Positions 23,530 through 37,298 of a stretch of 64,000 nt of DNA are shown here, piece by piece. Below the pieces are notes generated by a model. That model made no database searches. It worked only from the letters and a program-made list of their open reading frames with translations, and had not been told where the DNA came from. How positions within the stretch are numbered: position 1 is the first letter of the stretch; every line of letters begins with the position of its first letter. The stretch is from Azolla caroliniana (lineage: Eukaryota > Plantae > Polypodiophyta), in NCBI GenBank assembly GCA_043228905.1, contig JBHGNT010000013.1, forward strand, positions 3,844,001-3,908,000, given 5' to 3'. The position numbers were made by a program, and so were the translations under genes.

Positions 23530-26500
23530 TGTTACGGGCATAACCATATAATATCTTGTGGTAAGAATTTACCGTAGTATTCTATACACGTGGATAAGTG
23601 TGAGGGTTAAACGAGAGTGTAAAGAAGGGGAGGATTACTTTTAATCCTCGGGATTGAGACAACCCATTAGGTCAAGTGTGAACTTGCCTGGGGGCCTTGG
23701 GTATCGCTATAAATAAGAGGCTTAGCTACCCTCATTTGATCATCTTTTGACTACATCGAGACTCTGCTCGTGTGGTGGGTCAACTCTTGTAGCGAGCGTG
23801 CCAGCACCAAGTACGACTCGACGCCACGGCGGTGGTATGGGACGCCGATCGAGGCTCGAGTCCGTCTCGATCCCTTCGCTCGGGGGTGGTCGGGTGGATC
23901 GGCACCCTTGTTTCTCTTTCTCCTTTCTCTCTTTCATTTCTTTATCCTTATCTTAAGCTTACTTTAGTACTTAGATCTCTAATATTTGGTATCAGATTGA
24001 TACTTATATAGAGGAAGTAGACTTCCATGTAATGAATCTTTGTACCACCGATGTAATACTGGGTTATCCCTGGTTTTATAATAAAAACTCTTCTTTATTT
24101 ATTGATTGGGTTCGTCATTCCATTTCTTTTGTACTGAACGATTGTACGCATTTTATTCAATGTGTAAAAAAACAATCCCTCTCGATTGTTTCCTCGTGTC
24201 CATCAATATCCGAGTTGTCTTGTTCTACGTTATTTTATTGTGTACTTGATCCGGACATTCACGTTTACAATATCGATAATGTCCTGATTCAATTAACATA
24301 TTTTGAACAACAACAACTTGATGAAATCTTAAATGATTTTCATGATGTTTTTCCAAGTGAACTACCTGATGGGTTACCTCCTAAACGTAATATAGACCAT
24401 CGTATAGATATTGTACCTGGTGTTGCACCAATAAGTATACCTCCGTATCGCTTAAGTCGATCCGAAGAAGATGAGGTATCTAAGCAACTCAAGGACTATT
24501 TACGAATGGGTTATATACGTTATAGTAAATCTCCATGGGGTGCACCAGTTCTCTTGGTTAAAAAGAAAGAGGGCACATGGCGTATGTGTATTAATTACCG
24601 ATGCTTGAATAAAGTGACGATCAAGAATTCGTATCCATTGCCCCGGGTTGACGGTCTAATTGACCGTCTCCAGGGAGCTCGATATTTTACGAAACTTGAT
24701 CTCCGTACTGGCTACCATCAAATACGAATAAGTCAGGACGATGTTCCTAAAACGGCATTTCGTACGCGCTATGGCCATTACGAGTTTTTGGTTATGCCTT
24801 TTGGTTTGACCAATGCTCCGGCTACTTTTCAACAAGAAATGAATGACATTTTCCGAGAACAACTTCGAAAATTTGTCGTTATTTTCTTGGATGATATTTT
24901 AGTTTATAGCCGTAAATTACAAGAACATGCTAGACATGTCCGCTTTGTTTTACAAACATTGCGTGACAAACAGTTTTATGCGAAGATCTCAAAATGTGAG
25001 TTCTTCAAGAAATCAATTACTTATCTAGGACATCTCATAACCGAACGAGGAGTTGAAATTGATCCTTCTCGCATTGAGAAAATCAAGCTTTGGCCCACTC
25101 TTCGGAATATTCGAGAAGTTCGATCATTCCTTGGTTTTGTGGGGTTTATGCAAAAGTCCCTTCGTAATTACTCCTAATTGACGACGCCGTTTACTGATCT
25201 TTTAAAAGGTCAAACGCGTAAGTCTACAAAACCTATTGTGTGGAATGCTACACTAGACCTTGCCTTTAAGGAACTCAAGGACCTGGTTTGCAAGGCTCCT
25301 TCACTTCTTTTACCTGATCCTTCAAAACCTTTTGAGGTTGAAACCGATGCAAGCGATTATGCTATAGGTGTTGTCTTGTATCAAGATGGTAAACCAATAG
25401 CATTCGAGAGTAAGAAACTTGATTCTGCTCAATGTCAGTATACCGTTCAAGAAAAGGAATTATTTGCAGTTATACATGTGCTCAAAACATGGCGCCATTA
25501 TCTTTATGGAAATCACTTTGTGGTAACTACGGACCACGAGTCCTTGAAATATTTTTGTGACCAACAAGACCTGAAAGGTCGTAAGGCACGATGGGCTGAT
25601 CTCATCTAGGACTTTGATTTTTCCATACGATATCGTAAAGGTTCCATGAACACTGTCGTTGATGCACTAAGTCGCATCCGTGAAGTTAACATGCTTAGCT
25701 TCACTGCAATATCATCAGATCTTTATGATCACCTTCGAGGAAAGTATCCTGATGACAGTTATTTCGCAAAATACTAGGCAAGAGTTGAGTTTGGAACAGA
25801 CACCACCACATCCTCGAAGGAATACTTCCACATTGCTAACGGTTTGCTCTACCGTAATGGGAAGGTTTGTGTTCCAGATTTACCCGAGGTCAAAAAGAGG
25901 ATTCTTTTTTAATGCCATGATGCACCCTCAGCAGGGCACCCTGGAATACATCGTACACTCGTTCTCATCTCCACTCAATTTTATTGGCCTAAGATGCGTC
26001 CTGACATACATAGCTATGTGACTAAATGTCACCAGTGTCAGGTTAACAAAGCCGAGCGACTTAAAGCCGCAGAACTTTTACATCCCTTGGACATTCCCAA
26101 TAATAAGTGGGAAAGTATATCCATGGATTTTATTGTTAGCCTTCCTCGCACCCAAAAAGGTCATGATGCCATCTGGGTTGTCGTTGATCGACTAACTAAA
26201 ATGGCCAGATTTATTGCTACTAAAACCACGGTAACAGCTCCTGAATTGGCTTACCAATTCGTTGACGAATTGTTTCAGTTTTATGGGTTACCGATGGATA
26301 TCGTGAGTGATCGAGATCCAAAGTTTACTAGTGACTTCTGGACACAAGTCTTTAAGAAGTTAGAAACTACGTTGAGCATGAGCTCCACGGATCATCCTCA
26401 ATCCGATGGACAGACAGAACGAGTAAATCAAATTATTGAGGACATGCTTCGAGCATACGTTGGTGCAAAACCAACAAAATGGGAACGTTATCTCCCAATT

Positions 26501-27646
26501 TTGGAGTTCGCTTATAACAGCTCCAAGCATACGTCGACGGGATATAGCCCTTTTATGTTGATGTATGGTTTTCAGCCACGAGCCCCAATTGATGTTAATA
26601 TACATCATGATGAGTTGCGAAGTACGCAAAACTTTCTTCGGGATATGCAAGATATGTTGCATATTGCACGAGATAATATAAAAACAGCTCAAGATAGAGC
26701 GCGTTTTTATGCTGATCATCCTAGGCAACCTCGTGTATTCAAACCTGGACAGAAGGTATTTTTACGTGTACCTCACAATTCTAAGACATTGTCTACGGGT
26801 AAGTGTGCTAAGTTAGCCCCATGGTTTTGTGGACCTTTTACAGTCCTCAAACGCATTGGGTCATCAGCCTATCGTCTCGCTCTTCCCGATTGTGTCGGAA
26901 TTCATCCAGTCTTTCATATGAATCGTCTAAAAGAACTTCTAGGTTCTGGCGACAATACAGTTACGACTGAAACTCTGGTTACTTTTGAAGAATTATCTTC
27001 TAAACCACATGTACCAGAAAGAATTCTCGATGTTAAAACAAAAAAATTACGTACTAAAGAAATCCGAGAATTTAAAATAAAATGGATGGATAAATCAATA
27101 AAAGATGCCACATGGGAACGCGAAAATACTCTTAGAACTAACTTCCCTAACTTTCCATTGCAAGAGTGCAATGTTTTAAAGAGGGGGAGTATGTTACGGG
27201 CATGACCATATAATATTCCGTGGTAAGAATTTACCGTAGTATTCTATACACGTGGATAAGTGTGAGGGTTAAACGAGAGTGTAAAGAATGGGAGGATTAC
27301 TTTTAATCCTCGGGATTGAGACAACCCATTAGGTCAAGTGTGAACTTGCCTGGGGGCCTTGGGTATCGCTATAAATAAGAGGCCTAGCTACCCTCATTTG
27401 ATCATCTTTTGACTACATCGAGACTCTGCTCGTGTGGTGGGTCAACTTTTGTAGCGAGCGCACCAGCACCAGGTACGACTCGACGCCACGGCGGTGGTAT
27501 GGGACGCCGATCGAGGCTCGAGTCCGTCTCGATCCCTTCGCTCGGGGGTGGTCGGGTGGATCGGCACCCTTCTTTCTCTTTCTCCTTTCTATCTTTCATT
27601 TCTTTATCCTTATCTTAAGCTTACTTTAGTACTTAGATCTCTAATA
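23530..27646 (+). mobile_element. iMet-primed chromovirus lacking gag and the N-terminal half of protease
   Basis: 455-bp LTRs 23530-23984 and 27192-27646, TSD GTGAG, PBS TGGTATCAGA at 23987, PPT GAGGGGGAG. Confidence 0.92.
23996..27205 (+). pseudogene. pol: pol: protease C-half (DVILGYPW), RT (FLDD), RNase H (TDASD), integrase, chromodomain (PERILD...IKW...ATWE)
   Basis: ORFs 24032-25177, 25178-25609, 25994-27205, with few in-frame stops. Confidence 0.92.
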
Positions 27647-28029
27647 GTGAGTTACATAAGAAATCAATATTTTACATTTCAGATGATAAAAAGCATGATA
27701 CACTATTTGCTCAACATTGTTTTAAGCTTCACCATGCAGATTTATTTTCTCTAGGGTTAACCTTTAACCGTCATTGGGTTTGGTTTGATGGTGCTGCCTC
27801 GCAGTTGAAGGCGGCACGATCGTTCTACTTTATCACCAGGTAATTTTTAATCCATATATTTAGTACTTATCATGCAATGTGTAAGGAAGTAATTCTTGTG
27901 TTAGTGGATGCATACTAATTATGTTTGTAACTATTAACAAACAGTACTATTCACATGGATGCATACTAATTATGTTTGTAACTATTCGAATCTTGCACTT
28001 GTGAATGGATGCATGCATACTAATTTTGT

Positions 28030-29200
28030 TTGTATTATGTTGTGTGTTGTATCTGTACTAAATCAGTATTTACTGAAGGATGTAAAGTACTCGTATTGTA
28101 CTCTATAGTATTGTCCGTCCTTAAGAGAATTGTACTAAGTAACTGTTAATCCATGTGAAGTGTTCTCCATAGACACATTGTACTATGTTGTGTTTACAGA
28201 AGGATGTAAAGTACTCATCTTGTACTCATAGTATTGTCCGTCCTTAAGAGAATTGTACTAATTATCTTTTTATCCATGTGAAGTGTTCTCCATAGACACA
28301 TTGTACTATGTTGTGTGTTGTATCTGTACTATGTTGTGTTTACAGAAGGATGTAAAGTACTCATCTTGTACTCATAGTATTGTCCGTCCTTAAGAGAATT
28401 GTACTAATTATCTTTTTATCCATGTGAAGTGTTCTCCATAGACACATTGTACTATGTTGTGTGTTGTATCTGTACTATGTTGTGTTTACAGAAGGATGTA
28501 AAGTACTCATCTTGTACTCATAGTATTGTCCGTCCTTAAGAGAATTGTACTAATTATCTTTTTATCCATGTGAAGTGTTCTCCATAGACACATTGTACTA
28601 TGTTGTGTGTTGTATCTGTACTATGTTGTGTTTACAAGAGGATGTAAAGTACTCATCTTGTACTCATAGTATTGTCCGTCCTTCAGAGAATTGTACTAAA
28701 TTAGTATTTACTCATCTTGTACTCATAGTATTGTACTCATCTTGTACTCATCTTTTAAACACACTGTGTGGTACTGATTATCTATTAATCAATGTTCAAC
28801 GTTCTCCATGAACACACTGTATTGTACTATGTGTTGTATCTATACTAAATCAGTGTTTATTGGGGGATGTAAAGTACATGTCTTGTAGTACTAATGATCT
28901 TTTAAGGAGGGTTGTGTTCTCCGTGGACACATTGTACTGTACTATCCGATATTGAACATTTTGTACTATTTATCTGTTAATACATGTAGAATGCTTTCCA
29001 TGAACTCATTGTACTATACTTTGTGCTATATCCATACTAAGTTAGTATTAAATGGATGCCAGGTACTGTTGGTCGACAACATAGTACTATTTATCTTTTA
29101 ATAAGTGTAGAGTGTTCTCAATGGATACGTTGTGCTATGCTTTGTTTTGTATTTGTACTAAATCAGTATTAATGGAAGTGTAGTACTCTCAATTGACAAC
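28030..29200. repeat. 146-bp tandem array (AGTACT-rich) inside a transposase intron
   Basis: GAAGGATGTAAAGTACTC at 28199, 28345, 28491 and about 28637; degenerate flanking copies. Confidence 0.9.
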
Positions 29201-30586
29201 ATAGTACTAATTTTGTTGGAAACCTGAGATACCAAAGCAGGTATTTCTCCTTATTCAATATTCGTATGCAATGGAATTACTTCGGGTCTGGACATGGAAA
29301 AGGAGAGCATGATGGCGCGGGGGCTATGATCAAACGTGCCCTTACAAGTGAGCAGTTGGATAATAATGGTGCTAAGTTACAAAATGCACATGATGTTGTG
29401 CAGTGGCTAACATGGAAGATGTCAAATGATGGTAAGAACAGATTGTTTGTTGAAGTTCGCGCTGATGAGGTCGATAGAACTAAATCATATGGTTGTAAAA
29501 CCGTGAAAGGCACACGCAGCACCCATTGTGTGTTAGGGTTTAGCCACAAGGACACAACACAATTGTTACTCCGTAGTTTATCATGCTTTTGTTCCATGTG
29601 TCTAGATGAAGCTTGGGATAAATGCATCAACCTATCAATCGTGGAGCCCTGGAAGCTGTAGAAGCTTGAGCCTAAACGACAAGATGATATTGAAGAGGAT
29701 GTGCATTCAAACGATATTGTATACTACAACGAAAATCAAGACTTGGCAGTTTTATTGGAAGTTGGAGATCATTTTGCAGTGCTGAAATATCCTCAGAATG
29801 ATGATTTAGAAGACTACTACATTGTGGTGTGCAAGCAAGGAAAGACATTATTGAAAGAAGTGGTGAGGGATGGTTGGGGCAACAATTTCAACGTTGGTGA
29901 GTCTGTCGTGTATGGAAACTATTATGCAAAGTTGCCGCAGTGCAAGAACACATATGCATTACTAAAAGAAGCACCCATCGCAATAATCAACGCTGATGCC
30001 ATTCTTGCGATCAAATTCAATATGACTCAAGCAAAGCACAAGGTTAAGGGATACAACACTATCTACAAGGTCCCCCAAGAGGTTCATGAGCACATATTAG
30101 GGGAGGTCTCTCTATTTAATGCTTGAAAGTCACCCTATCAATACATTGTACCAGAAAACTGAAAAACATCCACTTGGAGTTCACTATTAATTTTGATGAT
30201 TGACAAATGAATTGATATATTTCGTCTTTCTTCCAAAGTATTTATGCCTCTCAACCACTTGTACTTATCTCTCATAATATATTAGCTGTTGTCAACAAGA
30301 CTTGGATTTCTTCATTGCCGATATTGCTCATGTTTCCTGATGTTATTTGAGCATAGGAGTTTTGCAGAGCCATGTTAAAATGAGTAAAAATATTGTATAA
30401 GAGTTGGTGTGTCCTTTGTTGGCACATAAATCTGCTCTTCTTTTGCTACCAAGAGAAGATTGTTAGTTGAATTCATTAAAGACTTTAATATTGTAAGATT
30501 TTCTACTGTAAGTTCATTCTTCAAAGGGGGCGATGAATTCTGTGAAGACAACAAAGAAAATTATTCTCTCAGAATCCTTTTTTGTT

Positions 30587-33154
30587 TCATGATATGTCCT
30601 GTGAAGCCATCTGAGTTTTAACTTCTTGTATATAAGTCCTGAATATCCAGGCTATGGATTTTAAAGTACAGACCTTCCTTTCCTTAACAAAATAATCCAA
30701 CTCCTGAAACAATAATTTGTGATAGCTCAAAAAGGTAAGTGTTTCCTTACTACTGTTAGTGGATGGTTCATCCTTTGGGATGATATCATCAAAATATGGC
30801 CCACATTGCTTCAACAATTTACACACATTCTGGTTACCCTCCAAATGGGATTGATGAAACAGTCTATACTTCAGTATACCTTCAATAACACCCGATATTT
30901 TCTGTTTCTCATCATCAACACCTGAAAACCTAAATTTTCCTAGCAAGCTAAGAAGACTTTCAAGCATTTTATCTACAATAGACTGAAAGACTTTGCGAGG
31001 ATTAGGAGATGATCTCAAAAAAGAAACAAAACGTTGTAAAATAAGAATACTTAGATCAAAAAGTATATTCCCATTGTTTTTGATATATGTTGACGAGCAA
31101 AATACAGAAGCAATCCTTAAACATGAACTTTATTTCACACTGGTATAACTATTTCAGATTCATGAACTGGATTTTTGACATTGGCAATTGAAACAGTATT
31201 TTGGTATCCAAATAGTTCAATTTCAGACATCACTGACAACTAAAGTTCAAGTACAATCGAAAGACAATCAGGCACTAGAGGGTAACTTGGCCGATCTTGT
31301 AATGCGCTTGTTGTTGGTGCCAGATTTTTCTGATTTTACATTCTTCTTTATCTTAAAGCCTTTAGGTATGAGCTGACTAAGTGGCACTTCATCATCAGAG
31401 GCATCAGAGACAGGCGTGGATGCACGGGCACCTTGTACTGGTGGCAAGCTTGAGAGAGCAACTATGTTTTCTGCAACTGCAATGCTTGTACACAAATCCA
31501 CAAAGGTGTTGTCGATAGACAAATTATCACTCATCTCCTGAATGCGTGTACTCCTAGCGATCTTTATTGCCCTATCATCATCACCGATGCCTATACACTC
31601 GCTCTTATTAGACTCTTGTATGTGGACCGTGGCAGTAGTCATAGTCAACTCCTCTTGTACAGTGGATGTCACCTCATTCTTAAGACAACGTGTACCTGCT
31701 TGGGTGGTTGTTATTGCCTGGTCCTCTTGGGTGATGCTAGTATGCTCGCTCTGAGTACAATCAGGCCCACCTTCATTAGTAACATTGTTCACTCTACACT
31801 CCTCATGGGATTCTGTACAATCAGGCTTATCTTCAGGGAAAGCGATGTTCTTTCCACGATCCTCATGGGCTTCACAAGACACTACTAGCACATTCTCAGT
31901 ACAATCAAGCTCCTCTTCATTACTAGCAATGTTCTTTCCATGATCCTCATGGGAATCTTTAGACAGTACTAGCACATTATCAGTACAATCAATCTTCTCT
32001 TCAGCACTTGCCACATTATTAGTACAATCAGTCTTCTCTTCAGTACTTGCCATATTCTTTCCACACTCTTCATGGGCTTCAATCTTCTCTTCAGTACTTG
32101 CCATATTCTTTCCACACTCCTCATAGGCTTCTTTAGACATAGTGTTGTTTGTACATGCCAGCTACTCTTCACATATGAATGCTTTGTTTTTCTCACAATC
32201 CTCATGTGTGGAAGATGTGCTTCTAGAGTCTGCCTCCTTGCAAAGGTTAATTTGATTCTAACTCTGATGGGAATCTGACTTTGCACTTGTGCTCCATGAA
32301 GTTCCCGATTCATTTGATTGCAGTTGGGAATCAGACTGCTCTTGTAAACCTAATTAATGGGATTCCAAAGAATATTGGTATCAACTCACATACTCAAAAG
32401 TTTGCAAACAATGAACATAGGGTTTAGGGCCACATTTTTACCTAATGTTACATCGTCATACTGTATAGCCGTAGATACCCCATTGCAAGTGGTGGGCTCG
32501 GTCATCTTCTCCACAACATCTAGGTGCTCAACAGTGTTGTTATGATCTATAATAACAACAAAAATAGGGTTGTTATGAGCTAAATCATTGTTTTCAAAGT
32601 CTGGCTTTTGACGTGTACCTGGGAGTGTGATAAATTCGTCTTCATGATCAGGTTTTGGACTCATATCTCTGTCACCAAATATCATTTCATCATCAGCTAG
32701 TAACACAAGTACATGGTATTAGACAATGGATTAGGTTGACAATGCTCCAGACAAGTGAGAACTTATATGACTCACCATTGCATTCAACTTTGCCTTTCTT
32801 GCCGTTTCCATACAACATTCTTGCAACATTTCTCTTCTTACTGGGCTCTATTTGTAAAGAAACTGCATTTTTCTTCTTAGTGGGCTCTATTTCTTGATGT
32901 TCACCGGAGGTTGGGGAATTTGTTTGTAGAAGCATATGTTCCATTGCTCCAATGGCCCTTCTCATACACTCATCCTCATCATAAAAATCATAGGTTATTG
33001 GTAATGATGGTCCCTGAACCTTGGAATGTGCAGCAGATATTGAGGGTTTAGGCACAGGGGCTAGTTGTTCCATTACCTTCCCTGGCGTGGAGTTGCTTGA
33101 CACTACAACGTTCATTGCAAGAAACAAAAAAACCTTGAATCTTAGTACCATCAT
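30587..33154 (-). CDS. Probable exons of a Sola2 cargo gene of unknown function (acidic Cys/His repeats, basic tail)
   Basis: ORFs 32693-33154, 32386-32706, 31268-32140 (EAHEECGKNMASTEEK repeats), 30587-31018; exon structure uncertain. Confidence 0.5.
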
Positions 33155-33199
33155 CTAAAATATATAATGTAGGTCACAAGAGTTGCTTCCCATTTTACA

Positions 33200-34330
33200 C
33201 AATGTACCAATCATGAACAATGTACTATTCACATAGTTCCTAAATTACTGAACTAGTACTAATAAGGAACACTGTACTGCTCACTTAGTTCCCAATTTAC
33301 ACGATTAGTACTAATCATGCACAATATACACAAGTAGTACTAATCATGCACAATATACTACTCACTTAGTTACCAAATTACACAAGTACTAATCCCGAAA
33401 AATGTACCACTGACTTAGTCAAATTAATAAGTAGTACTAATCTTGAACAATGTACTACTCACTTATTTCCTAAATCACTGAACTAGTACTAATCCCGAAC
33501 AATGTACTGCTCACTTAGTTCCCAATTTACACAAGTAGTACTAATCATGCACAATATACTACTCACTTAGTTACCAAATTACACAAGGAGTACTAATCCC
33601 GAACAATGTAATGCTCACTTAGTTCCCAATTTACACAAGTAGTACTAATCATGCACAATATACTACTCACTTAGTTACCAAATTACACAAGGAGTACTAA
33701 TCCCGAACAATGTAATGCTCACTTAGTTCCCAATTTACACAAGTAGTACTAATCATGCACAATATACTACTCACTTAGTTAGCAAATTACACAAGGAGTA
33801 CTAATCCCGAACAATGTACTGCTCACTTAGTTCCCAATTTACACAAGTAGTACTAATCATGCACAATATACTACTCACTTAGTTACCAAATTACACAAGG
33901 AGTACTAATCCCGAACAATGTAATGCTCACTTAGTTCCCAATTTACACAAGTAGTATTAATCATGCACAATATACTACTCACTTAGTTAGCAAATTACAC
34001 AAGGAGTACTAATCCCGAACAATGTACCACTAACTTAGTCAAATTACACAATTAGTACTAATCCTGAACAATGTACTACTCAACAATGTACCACTGACTT
34101 AGTCAAATTACACAATTAGTACTAATCCTACAAAATGTACTACTCACTTATTTTCTAGATTACTGATCTAGTACTAATAAGGTACAAAACTAGTACTAAT
34201 AAGGAACAAAGTACTACTCAGTTCCCAAATTACAAAACTAGTATTAATCATGAGCAATGTACTAGTAACTTAGTTCACAAAGTACAAAACTAGTACTAAT
34301 CATGAACCATGTAGTACTTACTAAGTACTA
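33200..34330. repeat. 104-bp (2 x about 52 bp) tandem array rich in TAGTACTA, inside a cargo-gene intron or spacer
   Basis: GGAGTACTAATCCCGAAC at 33587, 33691, 33795 and onward. Confidence 0.9.
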
Positions 34331-34894
34331 ATCCAACAAATGTAGATTGGTATTTTGCACACAAATAATACTAAACATGATATGTGTTCTACACACCTAG
34401 TTACATAACTTGTACTAATTACACCAATAGTATTAATCTTGAACAGTATTAGTACTAAACGTGATATGTGTTTGACACACATCATTTCCAAATTACAATA
34501 ATTGTACTATTATTCAGCAATTTACTATACACCTTGTTCCCAAATTACATTACTAGTACTAATTCCCAGGTTACACAAACAATACTAACAGTCAACAGTG
34601 TACTATAAGTATAGTGTTTACTAAACTAATACTAGGCAAGTTGCAATATAGATTGGACGATGTTGTACCTGGTTCCCTTTTAGTACTACTAATTCTGGAA
34701 AATATCCCTTCAACTACACATACCAATTATATATTAAGAGTACTGCCAATACTAACACACATAATTAGGGTTCCACATAATAGTTGTTAGAGATTACACT
34801 AAATTTGAAGTATGAATTGTGGCATACACTAGTTCTAGTCCAAATGTTAATTGACATCATATAATACAAACAATAGAATAGTAGAGCCACATAC

Positions 34895-36227
34895 CGTACG
34901 GGTGTACTTTTAAACCCCAAGCATAGTACCACTCAGCCGCAATTGTAGTTTTACAGTCCATACATGTATTCTCTGTCTCAAAATGATACTTAGCACATAG
35001 CACATGATATGTGTGCAAGCATGGTGTAATCACAACATCCATAGCCTCCAACTTGAATCTGAGGCCACAAAATATACACCTGGAAGATTGCAAACACAAG
35101 TTATAATATATTAGCTGCTCACTTATTCATACCAGAGAAGTAGAAATAAATAACTTTTAAAGCCAATACCGTGATATAGCTATACTAATAATGGTACTTT
35201 CTATACCACTTGGGTGCTCAATTACAGATGGACACAAAGTATCAAAACCATTTTGTTTTAAATCCTGCATCAAGCATGCAAGGTTCTCAAAATGCAACTT
35301 TAAGGCTGACAACTTATTATCTATTTCTTCATGTGCATTCCTGCAAGTATCAAGGTCTCTCATTTGTGAACCTAATTGAGTGCCCATATTGTTCAACTCT
35401 TTCTTCAACTCCTCTTTCAACACCTCACTTTTTGAATTTTGGATTGTCGATGCAATCCATTCATATGTAGTTTTTATTGAAGAAAATTTCTTTTCTGCCT
35501 GTATCTCAGCTGATTTAACTGCTTCCAAATCAGCAAGTAGTGTTTGTATTCTTGAGCTCATAGAAGCTATGCAACTGGCCATCATCTGTTCATGCTTTTC
35601 AGTCATTGTGGCCCGTACCTTTGCCTTTAGAACTTGGTGGACAGGTGTTATAGCTAGAATATCCACATGAGAGGTTCCAGATGACTTCAAGCCAGTGTTG
35701 GTACTGGAGGACCCTTTGTAATGTTCTGACCGGTGCCGATTAAAATATTCCCAATTTACGTCAATGCCACCTTGAACTTCACATGCAAAAGCACGTGCAA
35801 AAACAGTACCCACCTCATTGTTAGTGATTTGATTTGTATCATAAACATGTTCGTATCTCGTCTTCAATAAATTCATGTATTCCCTCTTCAAACCACTTAT
35901 GTGGAATCCTCGCCTTGTGTTGGGATGTGCTGACCCCCAGGTTTTTAACAACCACTCTCTCAACTCTGGATAAACGTCATGTCGTGCTCGACGGAAATAA
36001 TTCCATCCAAGAGGTGTGTCTCGACTGATGGAGTGGTACATCTTCTTTCTCTGTGTTGATGAATTCATCACCCTTTCTCTTGTGGGTGTCTTCTTGCTTT
36101 CTTTCATGGGTGTCCTTCTTCCTTCCTTCACTGGTGTCTTCACTTTCTCTTTCATCAATGTCTTCTTTATGGGTGTCCTTCTCGTCATTGTCCTAGTCAA
36201 CACAATTCTCAGGGAATGAATATGCAT
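34895..36227 (-). CDS. Sola2 cargo protein: basic N-terminus, unknown domain, coiled coil, RING-H2 finger
   Basis: ORF 35157-36227 splices (GT 35169, AG 35080, CG|G) in frame to CIFC-x15-CLHTYHVLC-x10-CMDC (C3H2C3). Confidence 0.7.
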
Positions 36228-37177
36228 GTACTAGAAGAAAACTCAAGCAATTACCATCAACACATAGCAAATCATCACATTGCATGTACAAACCATGTCA
36301 AACACACAATAACCCTAAATAGTCGGAAAAAAACTCATCGATGTCAAACACACAGATAATAAAAACAGACGGATAGGAAAGTCAAAGAAAATGAAAACAT
36401 TGTAAATCATCATAGCCAACTCCATCACATCGCATGTACAAGCCATGTCAAACACACAAAAACCCAAAATACTCAGAAAAACACTCATCCATGTCAAACT
36501 CACACAAAATAAAACAGATGGACAGGAAACAAGAACAAAACGAAAACATAGCAACTCATCATAGCCAACTCCATTTACGTTGCATGTACAAACATGTCTA
36601 ACACACAACCACCTCGATCAAAATATTGTCATACATTTTAAAATGAAACACAGAGAAACCCAGAGAAAACAAAAACATACCAGTTGGGCATGCAACACAT
36701 AGACTATGAATAATCAAACCCTAAAAATGGTCATACACATGCAAATAAAAAACAGACAAACAGGAAACATTCAGAAAAAGAAAACATACCAGTTGGGCAT
36801 GCAACACAGAGAATACCTGGAGGTCGTACAACTTGCAGAGGTACCACACCGTGTTGATTTCGACACCTTGGTAGCACACCAAGCCTTCAAAATCACCTAT
36901 ATGCAAGAGGTTGTTGACGAGGCTGCTACAGAGGAGACAAACGAGCATACACAAGGAAGGAAAATCAACAACACATACAACGAGCAGGGGAAACAAAAAT
37001 CTCTGCGTATACAGAGTTCAGAGATCGAACCTTGCACAGAGGGGAACACAAGAACAGCTACGCGGGGAACCAGAGAATCGAAGGTGGAGTGAGAGAGAGA
37101 AAGAGAGAGATAGACCTGTAATAGATATGTCGTCTTTCTTTAACTTTCTGCCACTGTCTGTCTGACAACTTCGAGAC

Positions 37178-37179
<2 letters not shown>

Positions 37180-37217
<38 letters not shown>

Positions 37218-37260
37218 GTGAGAGAGAGAGACATACCAATTGACACGTTTGACTACCCAT

Positions 37261-37297
<37 letters not shown>
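37180..37297. repeat. (GA)n microsatellites upstream of the cargo gene
   Basis: Two GA runs near the right TIR. Confidence 0.85.

Positions 37298-37298
<1 letters not shown>

Larger units (their letters stand above)
22137..30126 (+). pseudogene. Spliced Sola2-type DDD transposase, disrupted by a Gypsy insertion and two TAG stops
   Basis: Exons about 22137-22676, 22769-23529 joined to 27652-27839, and 29241-30126. Motifs TCCCVYH, IDFAQN...EVQSMHW, ISDDKKHD, WFDGAASQLK, WNYFGSGHGKGEHDGAGA.IKR. GT-AG introns in phase. Confidence 0.82.

Noticed and set aside
33200-34330. CRISPR-like array
   Set aside because: It is a plain dimeric 104-bp tandem repeat whose spacers are identical.
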